Position numbers and translations under genes: made by a program. This document shows, in pieces, positions 9,458 through 19,001 of a DNA stretch of 64,000 nucleotides. Position 1 is the stretch's first letter, and each line of letters begins with the position of its first letter. The notes below the pieces were generated by a model. The model searched no databases, was not told the origin of the DNA, and saw only the letters and a list, made by a program, of their open reading frames with translations. The stretch is from an uncultured Chlamydiae bacterium (GTDB lineage Bacteria > Chlamydiota > Chlamydiia > Chlamydiales > JAJFMB01): positions 1,063,404-1,127,403 of the forward strand of contig OY969110.1 of the NCBI GenBank assembly GCA_963697995.1. The letters are read 5' to 3'.

Positions 9458-11436
9458 TCATTTTATGGAAAGATGTTTTTCAATCGATTCTTTTGGGAAA
9501 ATAGCAAGATACGCCTCTTTATCCTCTTTTCCAAACGAAACAATGATCTCATTTTCGTTGTGGCTCCAAGTCATTCCACAAGCAAATTCAATTCCTGGAG
9601 CTGTAAAGTAGAAAAGAGGGGAGATTTTGGTGATTTGAAACTCTTTGTTTAGAAAGAGGAATCGGTGGAGGTAGTTTCTTCTGTCGGTGATGTTGAGCTC
9701 GTGTATCAAGACCAAGTATCCATCGTCAAAAGGGATTGGGCCGGCAGAGCCACTAAAATTTGAGCAATCAAACTTTGAGTCGGTTTGGTAGGCAATTGTA
9801 TGGGAGCCCGTGTTGGGATCGAGTTTATAAATAGTGAGCGGCTCGTATTTATAAATGGCAAAGATTTCGTTTTGAAAAGCGAAGGGTAACCAGTTTTTTT
9901 CTTTTCTCAAAGGATTGGGGCTGACAAGAGGTGTCAGTTTATCGCAACAGGTGTGATCTTTTGAGATTTTCCCAAGAGCCATTTGCGTGGTATTAAGAAA
10001 ATTGCCGTCACTAATTGAGCAAGTAAACCAATCATCTCCTTTAAAATCAAAGAGATGATAATCCTCTTGTCCAATGACGGGATAGTATGGAAACCTTTCA
10101 TAAACTGCGTTGTCGACGATCTCTCTTTTTATAAGAGGAGTGAATTCTTTGTCAGTTGAGACTAGAATGTTTTTGTTGATAAAGATGCGTCCTCCTATTG
10201 GCCAATAATCCATCCCATTTTTGTGGTCATAGTTGACAAGGCGGTAATTGATGTCGTACCCCGTTTCTGTTTTTTTGATAGAGGGGTTTGTTGCAAAAAA
10301 GGGGTACTCTGGATTGAGGGGAATGGGAACAATTTTAGCTTGAAACTCTTCCATCGGCAAAAAGAGGCGGCTTGGAGTGAGCTTTTTCGAGGAGGGTTCA
10401 GAAGGGGGCGTTTTAATGAGTGTCATCATTGTGGTGATAAAATGATCTATAGTAAATACTTTTGCTTCTTCACTTTCAAGATACGCTCTAATATGAGTGA
10501 GGTACTCTTCATACTCCTCTTTATCCATGGTCTTTAAGAAGGTATAAAGATCTTCTTGGCTCTCAAAATCTTCTCTTGCAATGAAGCAATTTTTAGGAAT
10601 ATAGGAAGTGATATTTGGAGCGCCGTAATAGATAGGAACGACTCCTGCTTGAAAACAGGCGAAGATTTTTTCTGTGATATATCCTGGAATCCCTTTACAG
10701 TTTTCGTAGGCAAAAGCAAACCGGTAATTTTTTAAGACTTCGATTTTCTCTTTGTGGTCCTCCTGGGATCATTCCCTTGTAGATACTTAAGCCAAGAGGC
10801 GCCCATCCACTTGAGCCGAAAAGTTCAAAATCTTGCTTGTGGTGTGTTTCAAAAAAATCAGCCAGAATTTTTCTTTCACGCGTAGAGCGCATTTGGAGCT
10901 CGGGAGTATCCAAAACTTGCGACCATTGCGCAAAGTTTTTTGTTTTCAAAAGGGACGATGTCCTTCGTCATAGGGTAGAGGACAGGGTAGTGAATTTTGA
11001 AGTATTTATTATTGTCGACTAAGGTGTCGAGGACTGTGTAAATTTTTCCGAAATATTTGTGGTATTCAACATCGTAATCTTGCGGCATTGTCGCTGGGGG
11101 CTCCCAAAGAAATAAGATGAGTTTTTCTTTCGGATATTGGATCAAAAACTGTTCTGGAACTGATCTATCAAATGAGATCAAATAGTCGACTTGCGAGTGA
11201 TGCGGAGGGGGAGAATAGGGGTTACCTACTTGGAGATTAAACTCCTCATTTTTTGCAACCCGATAGAATTGCCGGGTCGCATCCTGATTGTAGTATATGG
11301 GAGGGCCTTCCCCTTCAAAAAGATGGTCTCCCCAAAAAAGAGGATAAAAGAGTGTGGTTTTTGTGGTCTCCACGGCGTTAAGCGTTACGAATAAGAAAAA
11401 AAACAAAATGGGCATCATCACCACCACTCTCCTCAA
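9458..11436 (-). pseudogene. GT10 (alpha-1,3-fucosyltransferase-like) domain fused to the conserved C-domain (paralog 3 of 3); the GT10 part is interrupted by two frameshifts
   Basis: Four pieces in three frames read as one protein. (1) 10876..11436 gives MRRVVVMMPILFFFLFVTLNA...ENKKLCAMVASF. (2) 10695..10949 gives RSTRERKILADFFETHHKQDFELFGSSGW. (3) The frame of ORF 9458..10528 is open upstream to about 10770 and encodes the GT10 signature EKIEVLKNYRFAFAYENCKGIPGYITEKIFACFQAGVVPIYYGAPNI (10726-10622). (4) It continues without a stop into the C-domain (NPSI, EKNWLPF, GSAGPIPFDDGYLVLIHE). Confidence 0.7.
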
Positions 11437-11515
11437 TTAAAGTGAGCCATTTTAAAGCTCTTAAATTTTTTTAGCTATAAAAATTTAAATAGGAAAAAAA
11501 AGAAGCGTTTGGGTA

Positions 11516-13508
11516 TTGTTGAAAACAATCTTTTTTAAGGAGTCTCATTTGAAACTTTTTCATCTAGTGTTGAGTCTTTTTTTCTTTTCCTATCTTGAAG
11601 CCGTGCCCTACAAGGTTGCTGTCATCTGGACAGGTCTTGGAGAGTTTGAGCTGGCACAAAGAATTGAAAAGTCTTGTCACAATTTAGGGTGGCAATGTCT
11701 TGTGGTCTATGGGGGAGATCCAGCGAATGATTTTCATAAGACGTTTGCCGATCTTGAAAATCCTCAAGACCCATCTTCCTTGATAGAGCATTTTCAACCC
11801 GATTTTTGTCTTCATTTAAAAGAAAATATGAAAATTTATCCTTATGCTCCGAATTACTTAGCTGTTACAGGTTGTTCAATTGAGTTTTTTGATGGGCATT
11901 TTGCTGTAAATGAAGAGTTATTTAAATATGATGGGTTTTTATATTCGAGTCCAAGAGTCAATTCTTTAAAGAGTTTTTTTGAGTCTTCCGGACGAAAATT
12001 TAATGGGTTACTTTGGTATGTTTCTTGCCCTAAGACTGACTATCAACCTATTGGGCATCAGACCCTTTTTTATTGTGGATTTCAGTGGGATCCAAAAAGA
12101 ACAAGTCCTGCTTTTTTAACTTTGTACACTCTTTTGAGTGGGAAAGGATATTTTGAGGTTTGGGGTCCTGAGAGTTCCTGGTCTTATTTGCCTCGATCGT
12201 ATCGAGGTTTTATTCCTTTTGGGGGAGATTTTCTTCAGAACGCGATTAGAGAGGCTGGAATAACTCTTGTATTACACTCACAACCCCATATTTATTTGGC
12301 AGCTCCCTCTTCTAGGATTTTTGAGGCCGCTGCTGCTTGTAGCGTTGCCATTTCAGACAGACACCCTTTTATTATGGAACATTTTGGCGATTCTGTTCTT
12401 TATGTTGATGATTATTTAAGGGGTGAAGAGATGTTTTCTCAAGTCGATGCTCATATGCGTTGGATTTTTGCTAATCCTAAGGAAGCTGAAGATCTTGCAA
12501 AAAGAGCTCATAATTTATTTGTAACGAAATTTTCTCTCGAGAAGCAACTTGAAAATTTAGGCAAAATGCACGAGAAATGTTTAGAGGATCGCTTTAAAAA
12601 AATCGTGATTGGGGGCGTTTGCAAAAATGTGGAATCCTGTTTGAAGAAAACGATTGAGAACATCGAAGTCTTTAGCGAGTCGTTTCTTCGATTATAGAGT
12701 CGTTATTTATGAAAATAACTCATCAGATGCTACGCCTCTTCTTTTAGCTGAGTGGGCAAGGCGTGATCCAAAAGTGAAAGTGATTTCTGAAATAATAGAT
12801 GATGTGGCCTCTTCTAGAACAGAGAAAATTTCAAACGCGAGAAATAAGCTTTTGTCTTGTATAAAAGAGTCACAATATAATGAGTTTGAAACCGTTGTTA
12901 TTGCAGATCTTGATTTTAAAACCGATTGGCCAATAGATGCAATTTGTGAAACAATTAACACTCCAGGGGATTGGGATGGAGTTTTTGCAAATGGGATACT
13001 CTCTTCTGGAGTCTATTACGATCGGTATGCTTTCCGGGATAAAGAGCACCCTTTTGGTCCTGAATTACTGGCAAATTCTTGGTGGACAGAAGTCACTGAT
13101 TGGGAAAGAGGGATTGTTTTTAAAGCTGATCAACCTTGGCATCCTGTTTATTCAGCTTTTGGAGGACTTGGGATTTATAAGAGACAAAGCCTTTTAAACG
13201 CTTTATATTCGGGTCTTGCGACCTGGGATTTACAAAAGTATATGTCTCAAATCATCCAAAAAACCTCTAAGGAAAATAAAGATTTAAAGTATTATGCTGA
13301 AATAAATGGCATCAATCTTGATTTAGATTTAAAAGATGTACCTATAGTTTTTCGATATAATTCTATCGGTACAGCGGAAAATTCTCCATGGGTCACCTGT
13401 TGTGAACATTTGCCATTTCATGCTTTGATGAGTTTGCAAGGGCATGGAAATTTTTACATTAATCCGAAAATGGTGATGAAATATTCCGATGAAGAAATAT
13501 TCCGATAA
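11516..13508 (+). pseudogene. Two-module glycosyltransferase (CgeB/GT1-like N-module plus GT-A, possibly CAP59/CMT1-like, C-module) with a 1-nt frameshift near 12680-12690
   Basis: N-module: RIFEAAAACSVAISDRHPFIMEHFGDSVLYVDD...ANPKEAEDLAKRAHN. ORF1 ends IENIEVFSESFLRL*. ORF2 continues SRFFDYRVVIYENNSSDATPLL.... This is collinear with the paralog 14248..15217 (IDNIEKLGAKFSDYRALIYENNSTDGT), so one reading frame is expected. The start codon is uncertain (TTG at 11516). Confidence 0.65.
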
Positions 13509-13526
13509 TAGAGAGGAAAGTATTGC

Positions 13527-14237
13527 ATGTTTAGAATAAGTTATTTAATCAGTTTTTTGTTGATGGCATCTAGTTGTTTTTCTCAATACTACAGTCAGAT
13601 TGGGCAAGATGAGACCGTCAATTCGAGGTATTTCAAAAATAAAAGGGATGGGGTTTTTGTCGATATTGGGGCTCACAATGGAGTGACCTTTAGCAACAGC
13701 TGTTTTTTTGAAAGGGCACTTGGATGGAAAGGTATTGCAGTCGAACCAATTTCTGAGGTTTATGAAGAATTAAAGAAAAACCGCACTTGTGAGTGTGTTA
13801 GGGGCTGCATCACAGATTTTACGGGACCTGGGGATTTTGTCAGGATTAAGTCTCCCTTTGTGAACACCGAGATGCTTTCTGGTTTACTCCAAAAATACGA
13901 TCCTCGTCATATGGAGAGAGTCAAAAGGGAGATTGAGACTTATGGGGGTTCTTATGAAATCATTAAAGTTGATTGCTATCTCATAAATGATCTTTTAAAT
14001 AAAATGGGTTTTAATCATATAGATCTATTGAGTTTAGATACCGAAGGGGGAGAGTTTGAAATTATTTCCTCGATCGATTTTAGCAAGTTTGAGATTGATG
14101 TGATAACCCTAGAGGATAACTATCATGATTCCCGTTTTATTCCTTTTTTAGAATCTAAAGGATATCGATGTATTGAAAGAAACCATTTTGATCTTCTTTT
14201 TGTTCGCGAGGCTTTTTTGAAAACGGTTCAAGGATAA
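13527..14237 (+). CDS. FkbM-family SAM-dependent methyltransferase with an N-terminal signal/anchor
   Basis: VFVDIGAHNGVTFSNSCFFERALGWKGIAVEP and IDLLSLDTEGGEFEIISSIDF match the FkbM (Methyltransf_21) pattern. The N-terminus is MFRISYLISFLLMASSCFS. Confidence 0.75.
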   Translation: MFRISYLISFLLMASSCFSQYYSQIGQDETVNSRYFKNKRDGVFVDIGAHNGVTFSNSCFFERALGWKGIAVEPISEVYEELKKNRTCECVRGCITDFTGPGDFVRIKSPFVNTEMLSGLLQKYDPRHMERVKREIETYGGSYEIIKVDCYLINDLLNKMGFNHIDLLSLDTEGGEFEIISSIDFSKFEIDVITLEDNYHDSRFIPFLESKGYRCIERNHFDLLFVREAFLKTVQG

Positions 14238-14247
14238 GGGAGGATCG

Positions 14248-15217
14248 ATGAAGTTTGCTCAAATTTTTCTCTTTTGTGTTTTTTTTGAGACGGCTTTGAT
14301 GGGAGAGAGTGTCAGTCAGAAAAAAATACTGATCTGTGGGGTTTGTAAAGATACCGCGTTTGCAGCGGTAAATTCGATCGACAATATTGAAAAATTGGGT
14401 GCTAAATTTTCCGATTATCGGGCTTTAATTTATGAAAATAATTCAACAGATGGAACAGATTTTATTTACAAGGAGTGGGCTCAACAAAATAATCGTGTCG
14501 TTTTTCAATCAGAGGTGATTTTGGAGGCCGATCTTGCGCTTTCGCGCACTGAAAGAATAGCCAATAGTCGCAATCACCTCCTTTCATGGATTAAAGAGCC
14601 TCAATACGATGAGTTTCAATACGTGGTGATGGTAGATTCTTGACTTTATCACTCCTTGGCCAATAGAGGAGATTTGCAAAACGATTGAGACTAAAGGTCA
14701 TTGGGATGTGGTCGGAGCTAATGGTCTTCACGCGGAAGGGTATTATTATGATCGTTATGCTTATAGGGGAACAGATTACCCTTTTGGTCCTGAATTGATT
14801 GGAATTACATTTTGGGACGAGGTGAGTTCTGGCCCTAAGATTCATTTTAAAGAAGAGAAGTCTTGGGTTTCAGTTTATTCTGCCTTTGGCGGATTGGCTA
14901 TTTATAAGAGAAAAAGCCTCTTAAAAGCGAGTTATTCGGGTTTAGTCACAAGTGACTTAAAAAAGTACTACAGCTATATATTCAAACTAGTTTCAATCGA
15001 TAATCCTCAATTTAAGAAATATTGTGAATTAAATGGGTTTCGTAGAGGTTTTGATCTAGGTAAATATGCAGTTATTTTTAGACAAAATAGCCAGTGGTAT
15101 TCTGCTGATAACTATTTTAAAATCACTTGTTGCGAGCATGTCCCATTTCATGCTTCGATGGCTCTCCAGGGACATGGGAAATTTTATATCAATCCAAAAT
15201 TGATTATGAAGTATTAA
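14248..15217 (+). pseudogene. GT-A (possibly CAP59/CMT1-like) glycosyltransferase module, paralog of 12591..13508, with a 1-nt insertion near 14638
   Basis: ORF1 ends ...YVVMVDS*. Removing one T in gatTcttgac restores VVMVDLDFITPWPIEEICKTIETKGHWDVVGANGLHAEGYYYDRYAYRG, which is collinear with VVIADLDFKTDWPIDAICETINTPGDWDGVFANG...YYDRYAFRD in the paralog. Confidence 0.7.
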
Positions 15218-15219
15218 AA

Positions 15220-15248
15220 GGGAAGGTAAGGGGTGGCCTTACCTTCCC
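15220..15248. terminator. Hairpin between convergent genes (12-bp perfect stem), probably a bidirectional terminator
   Basis: gggaaggtaagg-ggtgg-ccttaccttccc. It lies directly after the TAA of 14248..15217, 10 nt downstream of the 15258..16958 stop, and has an A/T run on the minus-strand side. Confidence 0.6.
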
Positions 15249-15257
15249 GATAAATAA

Positions 15258-16958
15258 TTATTCTGCTATGCGTCTAGAATCGGCATACGTTAAAATCTTT
15301 TCGACAAAGGGATCATTTTTACTTTGTTCCGAATGACGGCTTATAAAAACGGCTCCAGGGCCAAATGAAACGCCACCTGATCCCAAATGAGTTGTACAAC
15401 GAGCGTTACAAACTTTGCGCTCATTGCAATAGAGGGAGCCAATAGTGGGAAACCCATCGTATGCCACAGCTCTTCTTCCTACCCAGCGGCGTGCAATACC
15501 CTTATTTTCTAAAGATGACAACTCTTCAGAAGAAATTGTTTTGCCCTTCGTGTGGTATCCTTGAGCTAATGAAACAAATTCAGGAAGAACATCGTTGACC
15601 ATGTTCAATTGAACGAGATTCCTATTTTTAGCAAACTCTTCCTCTTTATTTGGCTCCTTGTCGCCATAAAACGCTTTTGTGCCGGCCACTCCAATAAAAA
15701 TAGAGTTTTCTTTAAATCGAGCTTGCCAAGCCAAAACAATACCCTCATTATGCACTTCCATGCAGTGTGAAAAGTTTTTATACATTTCAATCTGATCCTT
15801 TGAAAGTGGGATAGTGATTAAAAGGGAAGCCCCTGCAAAACCTGCATAAGCCGGTTCATTAAATCCCAAATGATGGAGAGTTCCAATAGATTCCCCAGGG
15901 CAAAAAACATAGCGAGATTCGATTTTGGATTGAGTTTCAATTTGCTCTGTTCCATTGCTAAACTTTAAACCGATGATGCGCAAATCGTCCGAATTGGGAT
16001 CAAACATTATTGCTGTGACTTCTTTACCAAACTGAAGCTCAAAACAATCTCGGATTTGATTGTTAGAGTCTTTGTATTGTCCCATCGTTTTTTTTAGGTA
16101 AGCGTAGAATTTAGGCAGGAAAGAGCCTGTGTCGATGCACCCACCTGGTCTCCATAAAGCGACAGAGTCGTTTTTCCAAATGCGAACTTTATTGTTATCT
16201 AAAACGGAGTGATGATCGCAAAAATCGGCGAGGAATGGATCGATTGCGATCACTTCATCAGGTGATAAAATAGCGCAGTTTTTATACCCTAATTTTTCAT
16301 AGTCAGCCTGCATATTGAGAGCGCGATTCTTAGCATTTGGGATTCCGTAGATAAGGTCAATTCGATAGCCATCATGGAGAGTTTTTTTAGAATCGTTTCT
16401 TGGTTCTCGGCAAGGATTAAAATTAGAGGCTTCTAAAATACCCTTAAGTTCAGCATCCCCTTCATCATACATCTGTTGCCACAAATCCATACTTTTTTTG
16501 CCGAGCATCAATAATGAGAGCGTGCGGTCGTCATGATTTTTATCGGAACCGTAAATCGCTACAGCTTCTTTAAAATGGATGGCAGCTTCCGAATCATTAA
16601 CTCCTGCCACATCATCTACACGTATTCCACCTGGCTGACTAAAAAGGATGGAGAGTTTTTCCACTAATTCAGATCCACGAGGCACAACACTCAATATCTC
16701 ATCAATTGTAAGGCTCGGAACAATGTTATATGAAGTGTTAGTTGAGGATTTTCCACCGTTTGATTGAGAAAGGCTGTCTCCTTTCTCGTAAACTGTTATG
16801 CAAATTTTTTCACCATTTTTTTCAGCCTCTTTATGCGCATAATACGATTCGAGGGCTCCAACAATTCCTCCACCAATGATGTGGGTTTTATAGTTAACTG
16901 CAAAAGTTTCACTAAAGCTTAAGACACATGAAAGTATAAGAAAGAATATTTTTTTCAT
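15258..16958 (-). CDS. FAD-dependent oxidoreductase (DAO-like) with an N-terminal signal peptide
   Basis: 566 aa. MKKIFFLILSCVLSFSETFA is followed by a dinucleotide-binding motif (HIIGGGIVGALESYYA). The C-terminus has a DAO-like HLGSGGVSFGPG. Confidence 0.65.
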   Translation of the reverse strand: MKKIFFLILSCVLSFSETFAVNYKTHIIGGGIVGALESYYAHKEAEKNGEKICITVYEKGDSLSQSNGGKSSTNTSYNIVPSLTIDEILSVVPRGSELVEKLSILFSQPGGIRVDDVAGVNDSEAAIHFKEAVAIYGSDKNHDDRTLSLLMLGKKSMDLWQQMYDEGDAELKGILEASNFNPCREPRNDSKKTLHDGYRIDLIYGIPNAKNRALNMQADYEKLGYKNCAILSPDEVIAIDPFLADFCDHHSVLDNNKVRIWKNDSVALWRPGGCIDTGSFLPKFYAYLKKTMGQYKDSNNQIRDCFELQFGKEVTAIMFDPNSDDLRIIGLKFSNGTEQIETQSKIESRYVFCPGESIGTLHHLGFNEPAYAGFAGASLLITIPLSKDQIEMYKNFSHCMEVHNEGIVLAWQARFKENSIFIGVAGTKAFYGDKEPNKEEEFAKNRNLVQLNMVNDVLPEFVSLAQGYHTKGKTISSEELSSLENKGIARRWVGRRAVAYDGFPTIGSLYCNERKVCNARCTTHLGSGGVSFGPGAVFISRHSEQSKNDPFVEKILTYADSRRIAE

Positions 16959-17319
16959 TTGTTATCCTTAAAGGAGTTTTTTTTTATTTGAGAGATGACG
17001 CCATTTGCAGGAAATAATTTCAAAAACTGTTCGGATCTTTTAGTGTCGATCTTCGCTATGGGGACTTATAATCACAAGAAGTAACTTTCGTTCTCCGGGC
17101 TTTGATCGCAGCCAAATTTCTTTTTATTTTGTGAATTTATTTCTGCAAATGGTATTGCTAAAATCTCTCCATCGAAGCGATTGTGGCTTAAGGGGGTTTT
17201 TATTATCAATAGACTTCTTTCAAAACTCTAATCGCTTGCTAATTTCACCCTTTTCGTTAGCATGAAAGCTAAATATTTTTGACAATCTGAATAAAAATCA
17301 CTGATTTTATCGAACAAGG

Positions 17320-17487
17320 CTAGTACAGTTGAAAAAAGTTTTTACTGAAAATTTTAATTTGAAAGCTCCCGCGGTTCGTGTATCGAAAATGGGGCTAGTA
17401 TGGAGTTAATACAACCCCATTTTCATCTGCGACCCCGGGGCTTTGAAATCGAAATTTAAGCTAAAAACTTTTGTTCAACTGTACTAG
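17320..17487. repeat. 168-bp nested imperfect palindrome immediately downstream of tRNA-Ser
   Basis: Arms 17320-17374 and 17433-17487 pair; the outer 26 nt match 25/26 (ctagtacagttgaaAaaaagttttta). An inner hairpin pairs gaaaatgggg (17385-17394) with ccccattttc (17415-17424). Confidence 0.7.
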
Positions 17488-17524
17488 TATTGAAATAAGA
17501 AAATGATTTGATAAAAGAGGGAAT

Positions 17525-17609
17525 CGGAAGAGGAGGGATTCGAACCCCCGTTACCTTACGGTAAATCTGTTTTCGAAACAGACGCAATCGGCCACTCTGC
17601 CACTCTTCC
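17525..17609 (-). tRNA. tRNA-Ser (anticodon CGA), class II with a long variable arm; CCA not encoded
   Basis: Minus-strand sequence GGAAGAGTGGCAGAGTGGCCGATTGCGTCTGTTTCGAAAACAGATTTACCGTAAGGTAACGGGGGTTCGAATCCCTCCTCTTCCG. It has a 7-bp acceptor stem, anticodon loop TTCGAAA, variable stem TACC/GGTA and a T-loop TTCGAAT. Confidence 0.9.
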
Positions 17610-17678
17610 TTATTAGAAAAAAACTATTAGTGTATAAATAGTTTCAGGAAGAATTCTCTCAAAAACAGGCTTAAAAAG

Positions 17679-19001
17679 TCAAAGGTTTTTAAGCGCTTCT
17701 ACTATTACGGAAAACCCTTTTTTTAAACGGCTTATGGAAAAATGTTCGTTTGGTGCATGGATCTGATCCCCTGGAAGACCTAACCCGAGCAGGATCACTT
17801 CGGCACCGCTAATTTCGGCAAGTTCTGAGACTATTGGAATTGATCCTCCTTGCAGAAGAGATTCGCACGGTTTTTGAAATACTTTTTCAAATGCACGTTT
17901 AAATGCAAGAGCCCCTCGGGAGTTTGGATTGGCTCGAATCGCTTTTCCACACCCCTCGTGGATTTTGATGTCGATCCCAAGCCCTGGGGGAGTTAGTTGA
18001 ATGAGAAACTTCTTTAAACTCTCCCCAATTTTTTTAGGATCCTGCTTTTCAACCAACCGACAAGACAGTTTTGCAAACGCCTTGGCAGGGATCACTGTCT
18101 TAAATCCCTCACCGCTATAGCCGCCTGAAAGGCCATTGATCTCAAGCGTAGGTCTTGCTCCCACGCGCTCTCCGGGAGAAAAAGCCTTCTCACCCCCATT
18201 GGCCACAGCTCCAAAAAGAGCCATATACTCGTTTTCATCAAAGTCTAAGGCCAAAAGTTTTCTCTCCTCCTCTTTAAGGGGGATCACATCGTCGTAGAAA
18301 TGGGGAACCATAACGCGCCCCTCTTTATCCCGAAGATGACTTAAAATTTCGACTAAGGCGTGTAGGGGATTGTAGGCAATTCCGCCGTGTTGCCCCGAGT
18401 GTAAGTCGGTGTGAGATCCCGTAATGACGACGTCGCATGTTAATATTCCCCGAACCCCTAAAGTGATCGCAGGTCTCTCTTCGTTTTTTAGGCTTAAGTC
18501 GACAATCGCCAAAGTGTCCGCTTGAAGAGCCTCTTTTTTTTGGGGGAGAAGTTTTGATAACTCATGACTGGCACTCTCCTCTTCCCCTTCGATGATCAGT
18601 TTGATGTTGACGTTTTTTGGGTTATTTTTTAAGAATTCTTTGACCGCTTTGATAGTATAGAGGCATTGCCCTTTATTGTCCTGGGCTCCCCTTGCAAAGA
18701 CGAGATCATTCTCGATCGTTGGGGTAAAAGGGGGGCTTTTCCAAAGTTCTAATGGATCGACTGGTTGAACATCGTAGTGGTTGTAGATGAGAATAGTCGG
18801 TTTATCGGGACCTGCTTTTAAATTTTTGGCAAAAACGACTGGTGGACCCTCCGTTTGCCAAATCTCTACGTCAAGAGATGATTCTTCAAGTTTTTCCTTT
18901 AACCAAAGCGCGGCCTTTTCCATTTCAGATTGCAATGATTTATCGGCACTGATTGTTTTGAAGGTAAGGAAGGTCAGGTAATCGTCTAAGAGTTCATTCA
19001 T
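17679..19001 (-). CDS. M20-family metallopeptidase/dipeptidase (ArgE/DapE/CPG2-like)
   Basis: 440 aa. PTILIYNHYDVQPVDPLELWKSPPF, GAQDNKGQ, IEGEEE and HAPNEH are typical M20 metal-binding and catalytic patterns. Confidence 0.75.
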   Translation of the reverse strand: MNELLDDYLTFLTFKTISADKSLQSEMEKAALWLKEKLEESSLDVEIWQTEGPPVVFAKNLKAGPDKPTILIYNHYDVQPVDPLELWKSPPFTPTIENDLVFARGAQDNKGQCLYTIKAVKEFLKNNPKNVNIKLIIEGEEESASHELSKLLPQKKEALQADTLAIVDLSLKNEERPAITLGVRGILTCDVVITGSHTDLHSGQHGGIAYNPLHALVEILSHLRDKEGRVMVPHFYDDVIPLKEEERKLLALDFDENEYMALFGAVANGGEKAFSPGERVGARPTLEINGLSGGYSGEGFKTVIPAKAFAKLSCRLVEKQDPKKIGESLKKFLIQLTPPGLGIDIKIHEGCGKAIRANPNSRGALAFKRAFEKVFQKPCESLLQGGSIPIVSELAEISGAEVILLGLGLPGDQIHAPNEHFSISRLKKGFSVIVEALKNL

